Shown: positions 24,480 to 38,800, counted from the stretch's first letter. The stretch: DNA of 64,000 nucleotides from Octopus sinensis (GCF_006345805.1 NC_043003.1:88908001-88972000); one strand, 5' to 3'. Numbers and translations are program-made. The notes: generated from the letters alone by a model not told the origin.

Positions 24480-26590
24480 ATATTTTCTTTTAAAATTTCT
24501 CAAATTTCTTTACCTACATCGTCTCATGTCTTCGCTATGAAGTGAAGTATGGAGTTCCAGGCAGGGAAGGTAATCAGGGATTTCTTCCGGTATAAGCGAG
24601 ATAATTGCTGTATATTTTTTTTCAATGAGATGAGTTACGAATGGTTAAGTTTTGGCTTATATTTTTCAATGAAGAAAGTTTCCTTGTTTAATCTAATTTG
24701 TGTTGGTGTTCCAATAGCATATTGATAGAATGGAAAGATTAAAAATTGTGGTAGTAGTTGCTTTGTGCATTTCTCAATATGTTCACTAAAGGGTATCATT
24801 CTGTATTCTGGGAATGCAATCTGTTGTCGATGCAGAGTGCATCTGTGTCTGAGTGATAATCCCATGGACCCTACATAGTTTTGGTGGCAGCCCGAGCATC
24901 TTATGACATAAATTACGTTTTCTGAAGCACAAGTAAAATTAGATTTGATCTTGAATTTTTTGTCCCTCTTTGAAAAGGAATTCTGATCCTTCTAGAAGGT
25001 TTGGGCATGTTGCGCAGTTTCGTCTACCACATTTTTTTAGTTTTGCATCCGTTATTTCAGAAAACAATTTTGCCTTTGTGAGGATCTTTTTTAGTGATTT
25101 CGGTTGTTTGTAGCTTTTAATCATTTTATGTATGTTTAGAATTTCCTTTAATTTGGGGTCCTTATGAAGCATTGGTAAATTCTGGGTGATGATGGTGAAG
25201 GCTTCTTTGTTTCTGGGGTTGTATGTGGATATGTAAGGCAGTATTTTCGGGGAAGGTGTGTTGTGTTGAGCTTTTCTTAAAGTTTCTATGTCGATTTCTG
25301 TTGCATGTCTGATTCCATCCTCTATGAGTTGAACTTGGTAGTGTCTGTCAATTAGGCTGTTTTTGAGTTCTTGTAGTCTAAAGTTTCTGGTATTTTGTTC
25401 TGACACTATTGTGCATATCCTTCTTGCAAGGTTGAAGGAGATGTTTGTTTTAGTGTGTCTTGGGTGGCATGAATCAAAAAGTAGGTATTGTTTGGCATCT
25501 GTGGTTTTGTAAAATATGTCCGTTTCTATTTTTAGGTTAATTTTTTTAATTAGTATATCTAAGAATGGAAGCTCCTGTTGGTTGTACTCCATTGTGAACT
25601 GTATATTTGGGTTGACACTGTTCAATAGGTTTTTGAATTTTAGGAGTTTATCTATGTTTTCATTCCAGAGTATAAAACAGTCATCTAGGAATCTTTTCCG
25701 ATTCTCTTTTATGTATTGGGAAAGGGGGTTTCCAAAGGTCGATAAAGATTCCTGGTATATTATTGCCTCCAGGTAGCCCATTGTTAGGTTCGCAATGACT
25801 GGCGCTGCCCTTGTGCCCAGAGCAATTCTGGATTTTTGACGGTAAAACGTATTGTCAAACATGAAGTGGTTATTTTGTAGGATGAATTCAACCGATTTAG
25901 TAATGAATTCTTTACTGATCCTTTTTGGTATTTCTTCCGGAAATTGGTCCAGCCAGAACTGAATTGCCTGTAGTTCATAATTATGATGCATACTGGTATA
26001 TAAATTAACTACATCAAATGAAACCATGATTGTTTCTTCCTTGACTTTTTTTGGAAGGTGATTTAACGTATCCACGTCATCTCTGGTATGGTTATCGATG
26101 TGTTTAAGGAAAGGTTTCAGGAGGATGTCCATAAATAGACTTAGTCTGTGTGTTTCACAGGCTGGGCCAGTTACAATGGTTCGTAGTTTTAGGTCCCCTG
26201 GTTTTGGTGTATGTATGTACGTCTGGTGATTTTTTAATGGTTTCATTTATAATCTGGCTTTTGTGTATTTTTGGCAGACCATAGAAGAGGCTAGGTTTAC
26301 ATTTAAAATTTGTTAGAAAGTCAATCTCTTTGGTTGTCAGTTCCTTTCCATGAGTTTTAATTTGTGAGGACAGAGTTTTCATTATTTTTTGCGAGGTGTA
26401 GTTGGTGATTTTTTCATAATGTTGATTGTCATCAAGCATAGAGATTACTAGATTTCTATAGTATAATGTGTCCATTATTACATCTGCACTTCCTTTATCT
26501 GTTATACTGTCCTTGACTTAATTTTGGTTGGCTCTGCGTGGAGTTGGTGTGAATTTTAGCCCTTTTGAGAGGATGTCTATTTTTATGATA
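24480..26590 (-). mobile_element. Penelope-like element (RT plus GIY-YIG endonuclease), 5' truncated and frameshifted
   Basis: FYGLPKIHK, SFDVVNLYTS, IALGTRAAP, RFLDDCF, ELPFLDI, CGRRNCATC, IYV.RCSGC..YVG. Confidence 0.92.
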
Positions 26591-26654
26591 GAAAGAGGTT
26601 TGGTTTATCATATATACATATTATATATATATATATTATATACATATTATATAT

Positions 26655-26704
<50 letters not shown>

Positions 26705-26813
26705 CATATTATATATGTGTATATATATATTATATATATATATATATATACATATTATATATATGTGTATATATATAATATATATATATATATATTTATA
26801 TATACATATTATA

Positions 26814-26862
<49 letters not shown>

Positions 26863-27148
26863 CACGTCATCACGAGACTGACCAGGTTATCAGATTTTGC
26901 TACACATCGCTGGTCACAATGCGCTTTGCATTGATTTAGCCTTCAAATGACGCCACCCTGCAGAAGAAAGAGTGAGAGAAAGTTCTGGTGAAAGAGAACA
27001 GCAGGGGTTGACACCACCCCATGCTGGAGCCTCGTGGAGCTTTAGGTGTTTTCACTCAATAAATACTCACAATGACCTGTCTGGGAATCGAAACCGCGAT
27101 CCTATGACCATTAGTCCGATGCCGTAACCACTGGGCCATTCCGCCTCC

Positions 27149-27150
<2 letters not shown>
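26863..27150 (-). mobile_element. tRNA-derived SINE
   Basis: Reverse-complement homologue of 27220-27526; A box TGGCCCAGTGG and B box GGTTTCGATTCC. Confidence 0.88.
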
Positions 27151-27182
<32 letters not shown>

Positions 27183-27219
27183 GTACATATGTATATATAT
27201 ATATGATATATACATATAT

Positions 27220-27526
27220 GTGGAGGCGCAATGGCCTAGTGGTTAGGGCACCGGACTCGCGGTCGTAGGATCGCGATTTTGATTCCTAGACCGGGCGTTG
27301 TGAGTGTTTATTGAGCGAAAACACGTAAAAGCTCCACGAGGCTCCGGCAGGGGGTGGTGATCCCTGCTGTACTCTTTCACCACTCTTTCTCCCACTCTTT
27401 CTTCTGTTGGCCTGCTCGCTTAGCCAGCGGGGTGGCGTCATTCGAAGGCTAAAACAATGCGAATGCATTGTGACCAGCGATGTGTAGCAACATCTGATGG
27501 TCTGGTCGGTCACGTGATCACATGAT
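27220..27526 (+). mobile_element. tRNA-derived SINE
   Basis: GGAGGCGCAATGGCCTAGTGGTTAGG (A box), B-box-like GATTTTGATTCC, body, CACGTGAT tail. Confidence 0.88.
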
Positions 27527-27527
27527 A

Positions 27528-27911
27528 TCTCTCTCTATATAAACGGCAGTTTGTCTGTGCGTGTTTCTGTGTGTCTGTTTTCTCGTACCCTCACCCTGAC
27601 CACGGCTTTCAACCGATTCTGATGAAACTTGACACACACATAGCCCAATGTCATAATTCAAAACTAACGCAGCGAAAATTTTGAAAAGTTCCCCAGTTCT
27701 GAAAAAAATCGATAAATTCGACATGGGGTCGAGAATTAGAAACCCAAACCACAGACCGTCTAGGGGACGCAACTCCACCTTTTTTAACTTTCAAAAAAAA
27801 TTTACCATCATTTTTTTACCATTTTTTTGCTATTTTTTGGCTATAACTCTCTAAAAATGCTTTATAGTTATTTCCCTTACAAACCTGAGCAACGCCGGGC
27901 GATACTGCTAG
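27528..27911 (+). mobile_element. Non-autonomous Helitron (5' type 2)
   Basis: A|TCTCTCTCTATATAAACGGCAG ... hairpin ... CTAG|T; near-identical to 37955-38325. Confidence 0.9.
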
Positions 27912-28089
27912 TACATATATATATATGATATATATATATATTATATATATATATGATATATATATATGATATATATATATATATATATATATATGATATA
28001 TATATGATATATATATATGGTATATATATGATATATATATATATATGATATATATATATATGATATATACATATATATATAATCAATCC

Positions 28090-28700
28090 TATAACTGGTA
28101 CCCGGCAGTTGCCAAGACCGCTGGACTGACTCCTGTGCAGGTGGCAAGTGAAGAAACACCCTTTCGAACCTGCGCTTGAGGAGATCCATTGAGTCAAGTA
28201 CACTGACATCAAAATCAATGGAAACTGCAGTTGTGATCCCTGAGCTGGTGGCACGTAAAAAGCACCATCTGAAGGTGGCCGATGCCAGCGCCGCCTAGAC
28301 TGGCTTCCGTGCCGGTGGCACATAAGAAGTGCTATCCGAATTGTGGCCGATGCCAGCGCCGCCTTGACTGGCTTCCGTGCCGGTAGCATGTAAAAAGCAC
28401 CAACCGAATCGTGGCTGATGCCAGTGCCGCCTCGACTGGCTTCCATGCCGGTGGCACGTAAAATGCACCAATCCGATTGTGGCCGTTGCCAGCCTCGCCT
28501 GGCACCTGTGCAGGTGGCACGTAAAAAGCACCCACTACATGGAGTGGTTGGCGTTAGGAAGGGCATGCAGCTGTAGAAACACTGCCAGATCAGACTGGAG
28601 CCTGGTGCAGCCTTCTGGCTTCCCAGATCCCCGGTCGAACCGTTCAACCCATGCTAGCATGGAGAATGGACATTAAACGATGATGATGAAGATGATGATG
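28090..28700 (+). mobile_element. RTE-type 3' UTR/tail copy with five motif repeats
   Basis: Motif at about 28251, 28318, 28385, 28454, 28518; (GAT)n tail. Confidence 0.85.
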
Positions 28701-28732
28701 ATATATATATATATATGATATATATGATATAT

Positions 28733-28913
28733 ATAAATTAAATTAGAGATAAAACCACTATTACGCAAATCAAACCGTGAAAAACATAAACCAAAACATA
28801 AAAATAAATATAATTATCTCTAATTTAATTTATATTTATACTGTGAAATTTGATTTAATCCTAAATCTAATTTTTCCCTGTAAGTTTGGATTTACTCCCT
28901 AATATTATTATTA

Positions 28914-28915
<2 letters not shown>
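28733..28915. mobile_element. AT-rich inverted-arm plus tail element, short copy
   Basis: 20-bp inverted repeat ATAAATTAAATTAGAGATAA / TTATCTCTAATTTAATTTAT, then the constant tail GATTTAATCCTAAATCTAATTTTTCCCTGTAAGTTTGGATTT. Confidence 0.7.
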
Positions 28916-28976
<61 letters not shown>

Positions 28977-28979
28977 TTA

Positions 28980-30485
28980 TTATATTAAATTAGAGATAAA
29001 ACCACTATTAGGCAAATCAAACAGTGAATACATAAAATTAATTTTAAAATATAAAAGTTAAAATTTAAAAAAATTCTTATTACAAAACCTCGCTAAGATA
29101 AGTATTTATTTATATTTAAGATCTTTAAATTGTAAATTTTAATATTTTATAAGTCTTTGGTGTAATAATATTTTTCTTATGTAAATATCGTTGTTTATGT
29201 AATGATCTAATTATCGTAATTTTCTGTATAATTATTAGATATTAAATTTAAGTTTATTCGTAAGATATTACTTAGCGATAGATATGTTGTTTGATAGCAA
29301 GTATACGAGTTGTCTAAAGTTAGGTTTATGTATATACATGTATTAATAGCATTAATTGTAGTTTTAAATTTCTTATAATTAAAATTAGATGAACTTAGAT
29401 AAACTTAGATATGTTTCGACCAAAGATTGGTCCAGGCCATGTGTAACTTAATAGCATTACTTAGTTATTGTCTTCTTAAATTGATATTTGCTAGTTTCAT
29501 TTCCATTGATAAATATATTTATAGTATTTATTCGATACTATATAACTACAGATTGATTATTTCTTTAAGTATTTTAAATATAAGATTTCCGAAAGTTCGT
29601 TTAAGTTTGTTTGTTTGTATTTTTGAAATTAGCTATTTCATTAAATATGAAAAATTACTTTATTAGGTCTTTATTATATGTGCATATATATTTATTTATA
29701 GAGATTATTTTAGATCTTAATTATAATATTTATATATATTTATATATTTTTATTGATAAAAAAAAATATTTATGTAATTAGATATAGACTATTACCGATA
29801 TTAGATTATTGGTGGGTTTCTTACCTTAAAATTAAAATTAATATTTAACATTATAATCGATTTTGATATAATCAGAATCCTTAAGTTTTAAGTTTCTAGT
29901 TTGATAATAGAGTTTATTATAAGTAAAAGTATTATATTATTTATATCTTAAAAATATTGTTTAAATATTTCTGATTATTTTTAAAATATTTCAATTAACC
30001 TGAAGATTGACTGTAACCATAATTCGAATTATTAATTGAATTTAAATTATTGTTATTCGAATTGGTACAGCCATGTAACAATCGTAGTGTTTTACTTTTC
30101 ATCTTTTATTAAACTTTTAATACTTTTGATATTTATATAATAAAAAAAAATTAATTAATAAATAAATTAATTAATAAATAAAATAATATATAAATATAAA
30201 AATATACATACATACACACACACATATATATATATATATATATTTGTATATATATATTTAAAATTTATAAGTTTAAATTATTTAAATAAATTTTTAAAAT
30301 TTTAACTTTTATATTTTTAAATTAATTTTATGTATTGGCTTGTTTTTCACTGTTTGATTTGCCTAATAGTGGTTTTATCTCTAATTTAATATAATATAAT
30401 ATAATATATTTATACTATAAAATTGGATTTAATCCTAATCTAATTTTTCCCTGTAAGTTTGGATTTATTCCCTAATATTATTATA
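28980..30485. mobile_element. AT-rich inverted-arm plus tail element, long copy
   Basis: ~100-bp inverted arms (28980-29075 / 30289-30394), constant tail at 30410-30485. Confidence 0.75.
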
Positions 30486-30500
30486 TATATATTTTTGATA

Positions 30501-30554
<54 letters not shown>

Positions 30555-30558
30555 TATA

Positions 30559-30700
30559 TGTCCCAGATGAACCAACTTCACGACAGGAGGTGCAGATGAG
30601 GGCAGCTGCATTGAACTCTCTCATGCACCAAATGGCGGTGCCCCAGCATGGTCACAACTCGTGAGCTGAAACTAGATAAATAAAAATAAAATAAATAAAA
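30559..30700 (+). mobile_element. 3' end of a CR1-like LINE
   Basis: GTCCCAGATGAACCAAC (VPDEPT..QE.QMR) and GGCGGTGCCCCAGCATGG..GAGCTGAAAC match the 3' end of 38800-39735. Confidence 0.8.
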
Positions 30701-30805
30701 AATATATGTATAAAGGGAAAGTTTACGAAAATAAACAAACGACGAAGGCAGGTGGTGTACAAAACAAACAGATGTATTAGTATAGTGCTCAGGAATAGAA
30801 AAAGT

Positions 30806-30841
30806 CTTTTACGTTTCGAGCCTACGCTCTTCTACAGAAAG
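30806..30841 (-). other. Minimal type I hammerhead-like motif (variant core)
   Basis: CTTT-CTGTAGA-A-GAGC GTAG GCTC-GAAA-C-GTA-AAAG: stems I and II pair perfectly, but core A6 is replaced by U. Confidence 0.5.
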
Positions 30842-30897
30842 GTACACAGAAAAAAAAGTGTGTGTAGTGGCTAACGATCTATCATGGCGTATATATA

Positions 30898-30932
<35 letters not shown>

Positions 30933-30977
30933 ATATATGCATGCATATATATACATGCATATATATATATATATATA

Positions 30978-31420
30978 TCTCTTATTATAAAAGGCAGATT
31001 TTATCTGCCTCCCTTTGGGAGTTATACAAATCTACAATATAGGATTTCTTCAATTACAATTTACCTAGCAATTTTGAGAGTAGAATGCATCGCGTCATGC
31101 CAGGTCCAGTTTTTAAAATTTAAACTCCAATTAAGCAAAATTTACAGAAAACTCACATTCCGGTGTGTGTGTCAAATGCTTTTCTTAGTCTGGTTTACAC
31201 CACACGCAAACGCACACACACAGTGTGCTACGAATAAAGTGAAACTAATTCAGTGTGTTGACAGGTAGACAATAGAATGCGATGACGACTATGACGCTGA
31301 TAGATACATGAGTAAAATGTATGGGAAGCTAACACATAAGAGTGAGTGAAAATGTTCTTGGAAGAGAGTAAATAGCCAAAGAGAGTGATTTGAGGAAGAC
31401 TTTACATTAAATAACTGTAG
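30978..31420 (+). mobile_element. Non-autonomous Helitron 5' part (type 3)
   Basis: A|TCTCTTATTATAAAAGGCAG start; the later part matches 10110-10300. Confidence 0.78.
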
Positions 31421-32015
31421 TGGCTTGTGTTAGTAATAAAGTAAACATACACTCATACATACATACATACATACACACACATACACACACACATACATAC
31501 ATACACACACATACATACATACACACATACATACATACATATACATACATACATACATACATACACACACACACATACACACACACACAGTATTGAAGCT
31601 TGAGAACAATCAGATACATTTGCAACACATCTGTTGAAAATATTATTGTTCACACACATACATATACATATATACATACAGGCAGACAGACAGATAGACA
31701 CACACACACACACACACATGATCCAGCATGGCCACAACCTCAAGGCTGAAACGTATAAAACAATAACAGAATATAAATGTGTGCATGTGTGTGAGAGAGA
31801 GAGTGTGTGTGTATATGTATGTATGTATATGTATGTATATATATATAATAATGCGGTTTTTTCAACAGCTTGAACTAAATGTCAGAGGGGAATGGGATAA
31901 ACTACTTATATTAACTTGCTATAAAAGCAGGTAGTAATTTTATCTTGTCCTTATTCATAGTGCAAGTTTTGAAGAGTGCATTTCGATTTTAACAGCTATT
32001 TTTTTCAAAGCTATA

Positions 32016-32440
32016 TTGGAAGTAACAAAGGAGCATATTTGGCATATTTTGCTTTATGAGTTCAATAAAGACAACAACGCAACGGAAAGTACAAGAAATA
32101 TTAATGCAGTATATGGGGATTGGACAATAAGCGTAAGGCAGTGTCAATGGTGGTTCCAGAAATTCCGAGCCATAAACTACAGGCTAGAAGACGAGCCTCA
32201 TCCTGAAAGATCTGTAGAACTCGACAAGGACATCCTGAAAACCCTGGTGGAACAAAATCTCATCGTAACTGTTGAGGAACTAGCAGAGAAGCTTGGATTT
32301 GGTCATTCAACCATTCATTGAGACCTGTGTGCTATCGGAAAAGTCAGCAAATTGGGTCAATGGGTTCCTCACGAACTTTCCGAGTCTAATTGCATGCAGA
32401 GAGTGAATGTATGCTTTTCTTTGCTGTCACATCTCACCAC
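32016..32440 (+). pseudogene. mariner transposase N-terminal remnant, truncated by a Helitron
   Basis: HILLYEFNK..NATE.TRNI..VYG, WFQKFR, LEDEP, TVEELAEKL, GQWVPHEL. Confidence 0.9.
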
Positions 32441-32456
32441 TACTGCGCTATGTATA

Positions 32457-33091
32457 TCTATATATATAAAACTGTAGTTGTGTGAGTGTCTGTCCCCTTC
32501 GATTTACATTCCTAACTACTCCCACATTTTGCGGTGCAGTTTAACCAAATTCGGGTAGCTTATAGTCGTGATTCATATCGAGCCCGTCTGAGTATTAGCG
32601 CGCGTCTACGATGAGTCTACGATTTAAAAAATAATTTAACATCATTTTTATTCCATTTTAATGCATAATTTTTCGTGTGTCGATGGCGGCGGAGTTGGCG
32701 TCCACGCTCACACCTGCACCTGTGGGGAAGGGAGTGTAAGGAAATCAACGTCGTAATGCGTTGTCAAGGAGACCAGCGTTCTTTTAGAACAACGACTTCA
32801 TGGCTTGAAGACACCAAAACAGAATGGCTAAGAAAGCGTCTACACGAGTCTACGATTTAAAAAAAAATTTACCATCGTTTTTTTTCCATTTTAATGCATT
32901 TTTTCGCTATTATATAAGGGAAGTAACTCTCTAAAAATGTCTACGATGAGTCAACGATTTAAAAAAAAATTTACCATCATATTTTTTCCATTTTTAATGC
33001 ATTTTTTGCTATTTTTTGGCTATAACTCTCTAAAAATGCTTATATAGTTATTTCCCTTACAAACCCGAGCAACGCCGGGCGATACTGCTAG
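32457..33091 (+). mobile_element. Non-autonomous Helitron (5' type 1)
   Basis: A|TC start, hairpin, CTAG|T end; internal duplication of the TCTACGATTTAAAAAA block. Confidence 0.9.
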
Positions 33092-33096
33092 TATAT

Positions 33097-33835
33097 ATAT
33101 AATATTAATTCGAGACAAAACCACTATTTTGCAAATCAAACAAGGAAAGACTTAATCAATACATAAAAAAATTTTAATATAAAGTAAATAAATCGCCACT
33201 ACAATTGTTTCATGTCTTCAAATGACATTCGTCAGGTGGATTTCAGATCTAAAAATATCAATATTTTAAAATATAAAATTAAAATAATATAAATTTATCA
33301 ATGAAATAATATAAATATATATAATCTATATATACTCTATATATAATCAACATATAATCTAAAACAAACCCTATAAACAATTGAATATAAAGAAACCTAT
33401 TATTAAAGTTCTCATATTTAAAGATGTACAAAAAAACAAAAAACAAAATACAAAATACAAAAAATAAAAAACAAAATAAAAATTAACTATATATACACAC
33501 ATGCTCATACACATATATCTAAGTATAAATAACCATATCTAAATACATACACTAACTCACACACCTATATATATAACTCTATACATACACATAAAAAACA
33601 TCTAGGCAACGATAAATTAATTAATTGAAGACATGAAACAATTGTAGTGGCGATTTATTTACTTTATATTAAAATTTTTTATGTATTGATTAAGTCTTTC
33701 CTTGTTTGATTTGCAAAATAGTGGTTTTGTCTCGAATTAATATTATATAATATTTTACTATAAAATTGGATTTAATCCTAAATCTGATTTTTTTTCCCTG
33801 TAATTTTGGATTTATTCCTTAATATTTATTATTAT
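33097..33835. mobile_element. AT-rich inverted-arm plus tail element containing a hammerhead-like core
   Basis: ~125-bp arms (33097-33221 / 33625-33748) identical except one indel; tail at 33749-33835; TTGAAGA-cat-GAAACAATTGTA-GTGG in both arms. Confidence 0.78.
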
Positions 33836-33847
33836 ATATATATTATA

Positions 33848-33894
<47 letters not shown>

Positions 33895-33907
33895 TATATA
33901 TACATAC

Positions 33908-33971
<64 letters not shown>

Positions 33972-34009
33972 CATATATATATATATGATATATACATACA
34001 TATATATAT

Positions 34010-35073
34010 TGTTACGGAGGTAAATAAACAGAAAAACATTGTGCCCCTTGTTCGTTGGTTGGAGTTGAACCGGCGCTCGAGTTGTTCAGGATGATGGAAT
34101 CTTCTTTGTCCTGTCAACGACCACGGTAACTAATGAGCTTAGAAAGTGAAATTTGATCCCAACATGGTCATGGAGAGTTGATAAAAAAATAAAAATGCCA
34201 CCCTTTAAAAAGGCGACGGACATTGGTGGTAGGAGTTCAGTTGGGAAGAGACAGTCAGTCGATGCGTGACAGCTAGCCAGAGATGTGAGTGGAGCGGACA
34301 AGGGAGATGGTGGAGATGGCGAGAGGCAACGGCAAAGCAAGGAAGACAGTCGGTGAGTTAGAGATGATGACGGCCAGAGACAGACAGGTGTAGTTGGAGA
34401 TGATGGGGACGAGAGACGGTCAGTGACAGAGATGACGATTTGTAGTAGGAGTTGTGAGGTTCAGAAAATGTTGCCGGTAATGTTTATTTATGTTTGAATT
34501 TGTTTTAAAATGTGTTAGAAGAAGAGAGAGAAAAGAAATCCTTGAGAACGAACTCTCTGTGTTAGAAGAAAAAGAACATTGTGTTAGAAGGAAGAGAAAA
34601 GAAAGAGAAAAAGAACTGTAAGATATGTTTTTAAAAGAAAAAGAAACAGTATTTGTTTTGAAGGATCGAACTCTGAACATTAACTGATTGTTATCAGATT
34701 CTGTATTGTGTTGCATGTTAATTGATTTGTTTAGAAAAATCGAACAGTTGTACTATGTTTAAATGCAATTTGATTGTTATTCGAATTCTGTGTATGATCT
34801 GTCAAATGTTTCTTAACCTTTGTAGTTAAATGCTTTTGTTTTAAAATATTTTGATTTTGTGAAGTTAAAAATTGTTAAATTAAGCAACCTCCAGTGTCTC
34901 TCTTTCTCTTTTGTTGTTGTTTGGTCGGTTTCTGGCTTGCGTTCGCTTTTGCCCTGTTTCCGTCGTGAGCTTCCGTTTGACTGAGTGCTGAGCGCCGCCG
35001 CAAGTGGGCTGTTCCCGGACTGAGGGCCTGTGGTGGCATCAGAAGGCCTAGGGCTTGAGCGGGCGGCGTAACA
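34010..35073. mobile_element. Probable solo LTR (~1.06 kb) inserted in a (TA)n tract
   Basis: TGTTACG ... CGTAACA inverted termini; flanks TATAT / AATAT (imperfect target duplication); no coding region. Confidence 0.7.
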
Positions 35074-35087
35074 AATATATATATGAT

Positions 35088-35149
<62 letters not shown>

Positions 35150-35224
35150 GAATATATAATATATATATGATATATTATATATATATGAATATATATATAT
35201 ATATGATATATATATATATATATG

Positions 35225-35269
<45 letters not shown>

Positions 35270-35313
35270 ATTATATATATATGATATATATATATATATA
35301 TATATATACAATA

Positions 35314-35352
<39 letters not shown>

Positions 35353-35379
35353 GATATATATATATATATATGATATATA

Positions 35380-35410
<31 letters not shown>

Positions 35411-35734
35411 ATATATTATATATATATAATATGATATATACATACATATATATATATGATATATACATACTATATATATATGATATATACATACATATAT
35501 ATATGATATATACATACATATATATATATGATATATACATACATATATATATATGATATATACATACATATATATATATGATATATATACATACATATAT
35601 ATATATGATATATATACATACATATATATATATGATATATATACACACATATATATATGATATATATACACACATATATATATGATATATATACACACAT
35701 ATATATATGATATATATACACACATATATATATA

Positions 35735-36390
35735 TCACTTAAAAAGATTCTCACAAAGGCAAAATTGTCTTCTGAAATTACGGATGCAAAAGTAAAAAAA
35801 TGTGGTAGATCGAACTGTGCAACATGTCCTAACCTGCTAGAAGGATCAGAATTCCTCTTTAAAGAGGGACAGAAATTCAAGATCAAATCTAACTTTACTT
35901 GTGCCTCTGAAAACATAATTTATGTCATAAAATGCTCGGGCTGCCACCAAGACTACGTGGGATCCACGGGACTATCACTCAGACGTAGATGCACACTGCA
36001 TCGACAACAGATTGCATTCCCAGAATACAGAATGATACCTTTTAGTGAGCACATTGAGAAATGCGCAAAGCAACTACTACCACAATTTTTAATCTTTCCA
36101 TTTTACCAATGTGCTATCGGATCATCAACACAAATAGACAAACAAGGAACATTCTTCATTGAAAAGTACAAGCCTAGACTTAACCATCCCAACATACTGA
36201 TACAGAGAAATTCACACCAAGGCAAAGGAAAAAATTTTTAAGCGATTATCTCCCTTACACCGGAAGAAATCACTCATTACCTCCCCTTATTTAGAACTCT
36301 TTTGAACATAAACATAACGATAACTCTATTCAACATAAACATAACGTCGTAAGAAATTTGAAAAGCTAAATGCGAAACCGGTCTTTCTTC
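35735..36390 (+). mobile_element. Penelope-like 3' fragment (GIY-YIG plus pLTR), same family as 24480-26590, opposite orientation
   Basis: CGRSNCATC...NIIYVIKCSGCHQDYVGSTG...FIEKYKPRLN; hammerhead-like motif at 36351-36389. Confidence 0.9.
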
Positions 36391-36546
36391 AAAACTATGT
36401 CATTATAAGAGAAAAAGATTTTTTAATATTCTTCAGACATATTGACGCAAATATATATTTTTTAACATTTAAGCCTTCTGTAGTTTTTTCACTTTTTACT
36501 ATTTTCTATATATTCAACCACGTGCTTTCACAAACCAACTTTCTTA

Positions 36547-38799
<2,253 letters not shown>

Positions 38800-38800
<1 letters not shown>

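Noticed and set aside
27220-27295. tRNA gene
   Set aside because: A/B boxes are present but no clean cloverleaf forms, and the sequence continues into a SINE body with a second copy nearby.
27616-27632. CTGATGAAAC motif (also at about 38046) as a hammerhead
   Set aside because: No stem II or pairing stems; it is internal Helitron sequence.
28250-28540. Repeat-spacer pattern of GGCACGTAAAAAGCACC resembling a CRISPR array
   Set aside because: The spacers are homologous to each other and the array is part of a LINE 3' UTR.
29400-30030. Further hammerhead fragments (GACCA-ATCTT-TGGTC-GAAACAT on the minus strand near 29415; CCTGAAGATTGACTG near 30000)
   Set aside because: Each lacks half of the core. 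Too decayed to call, though compatible with a Penelope origin.
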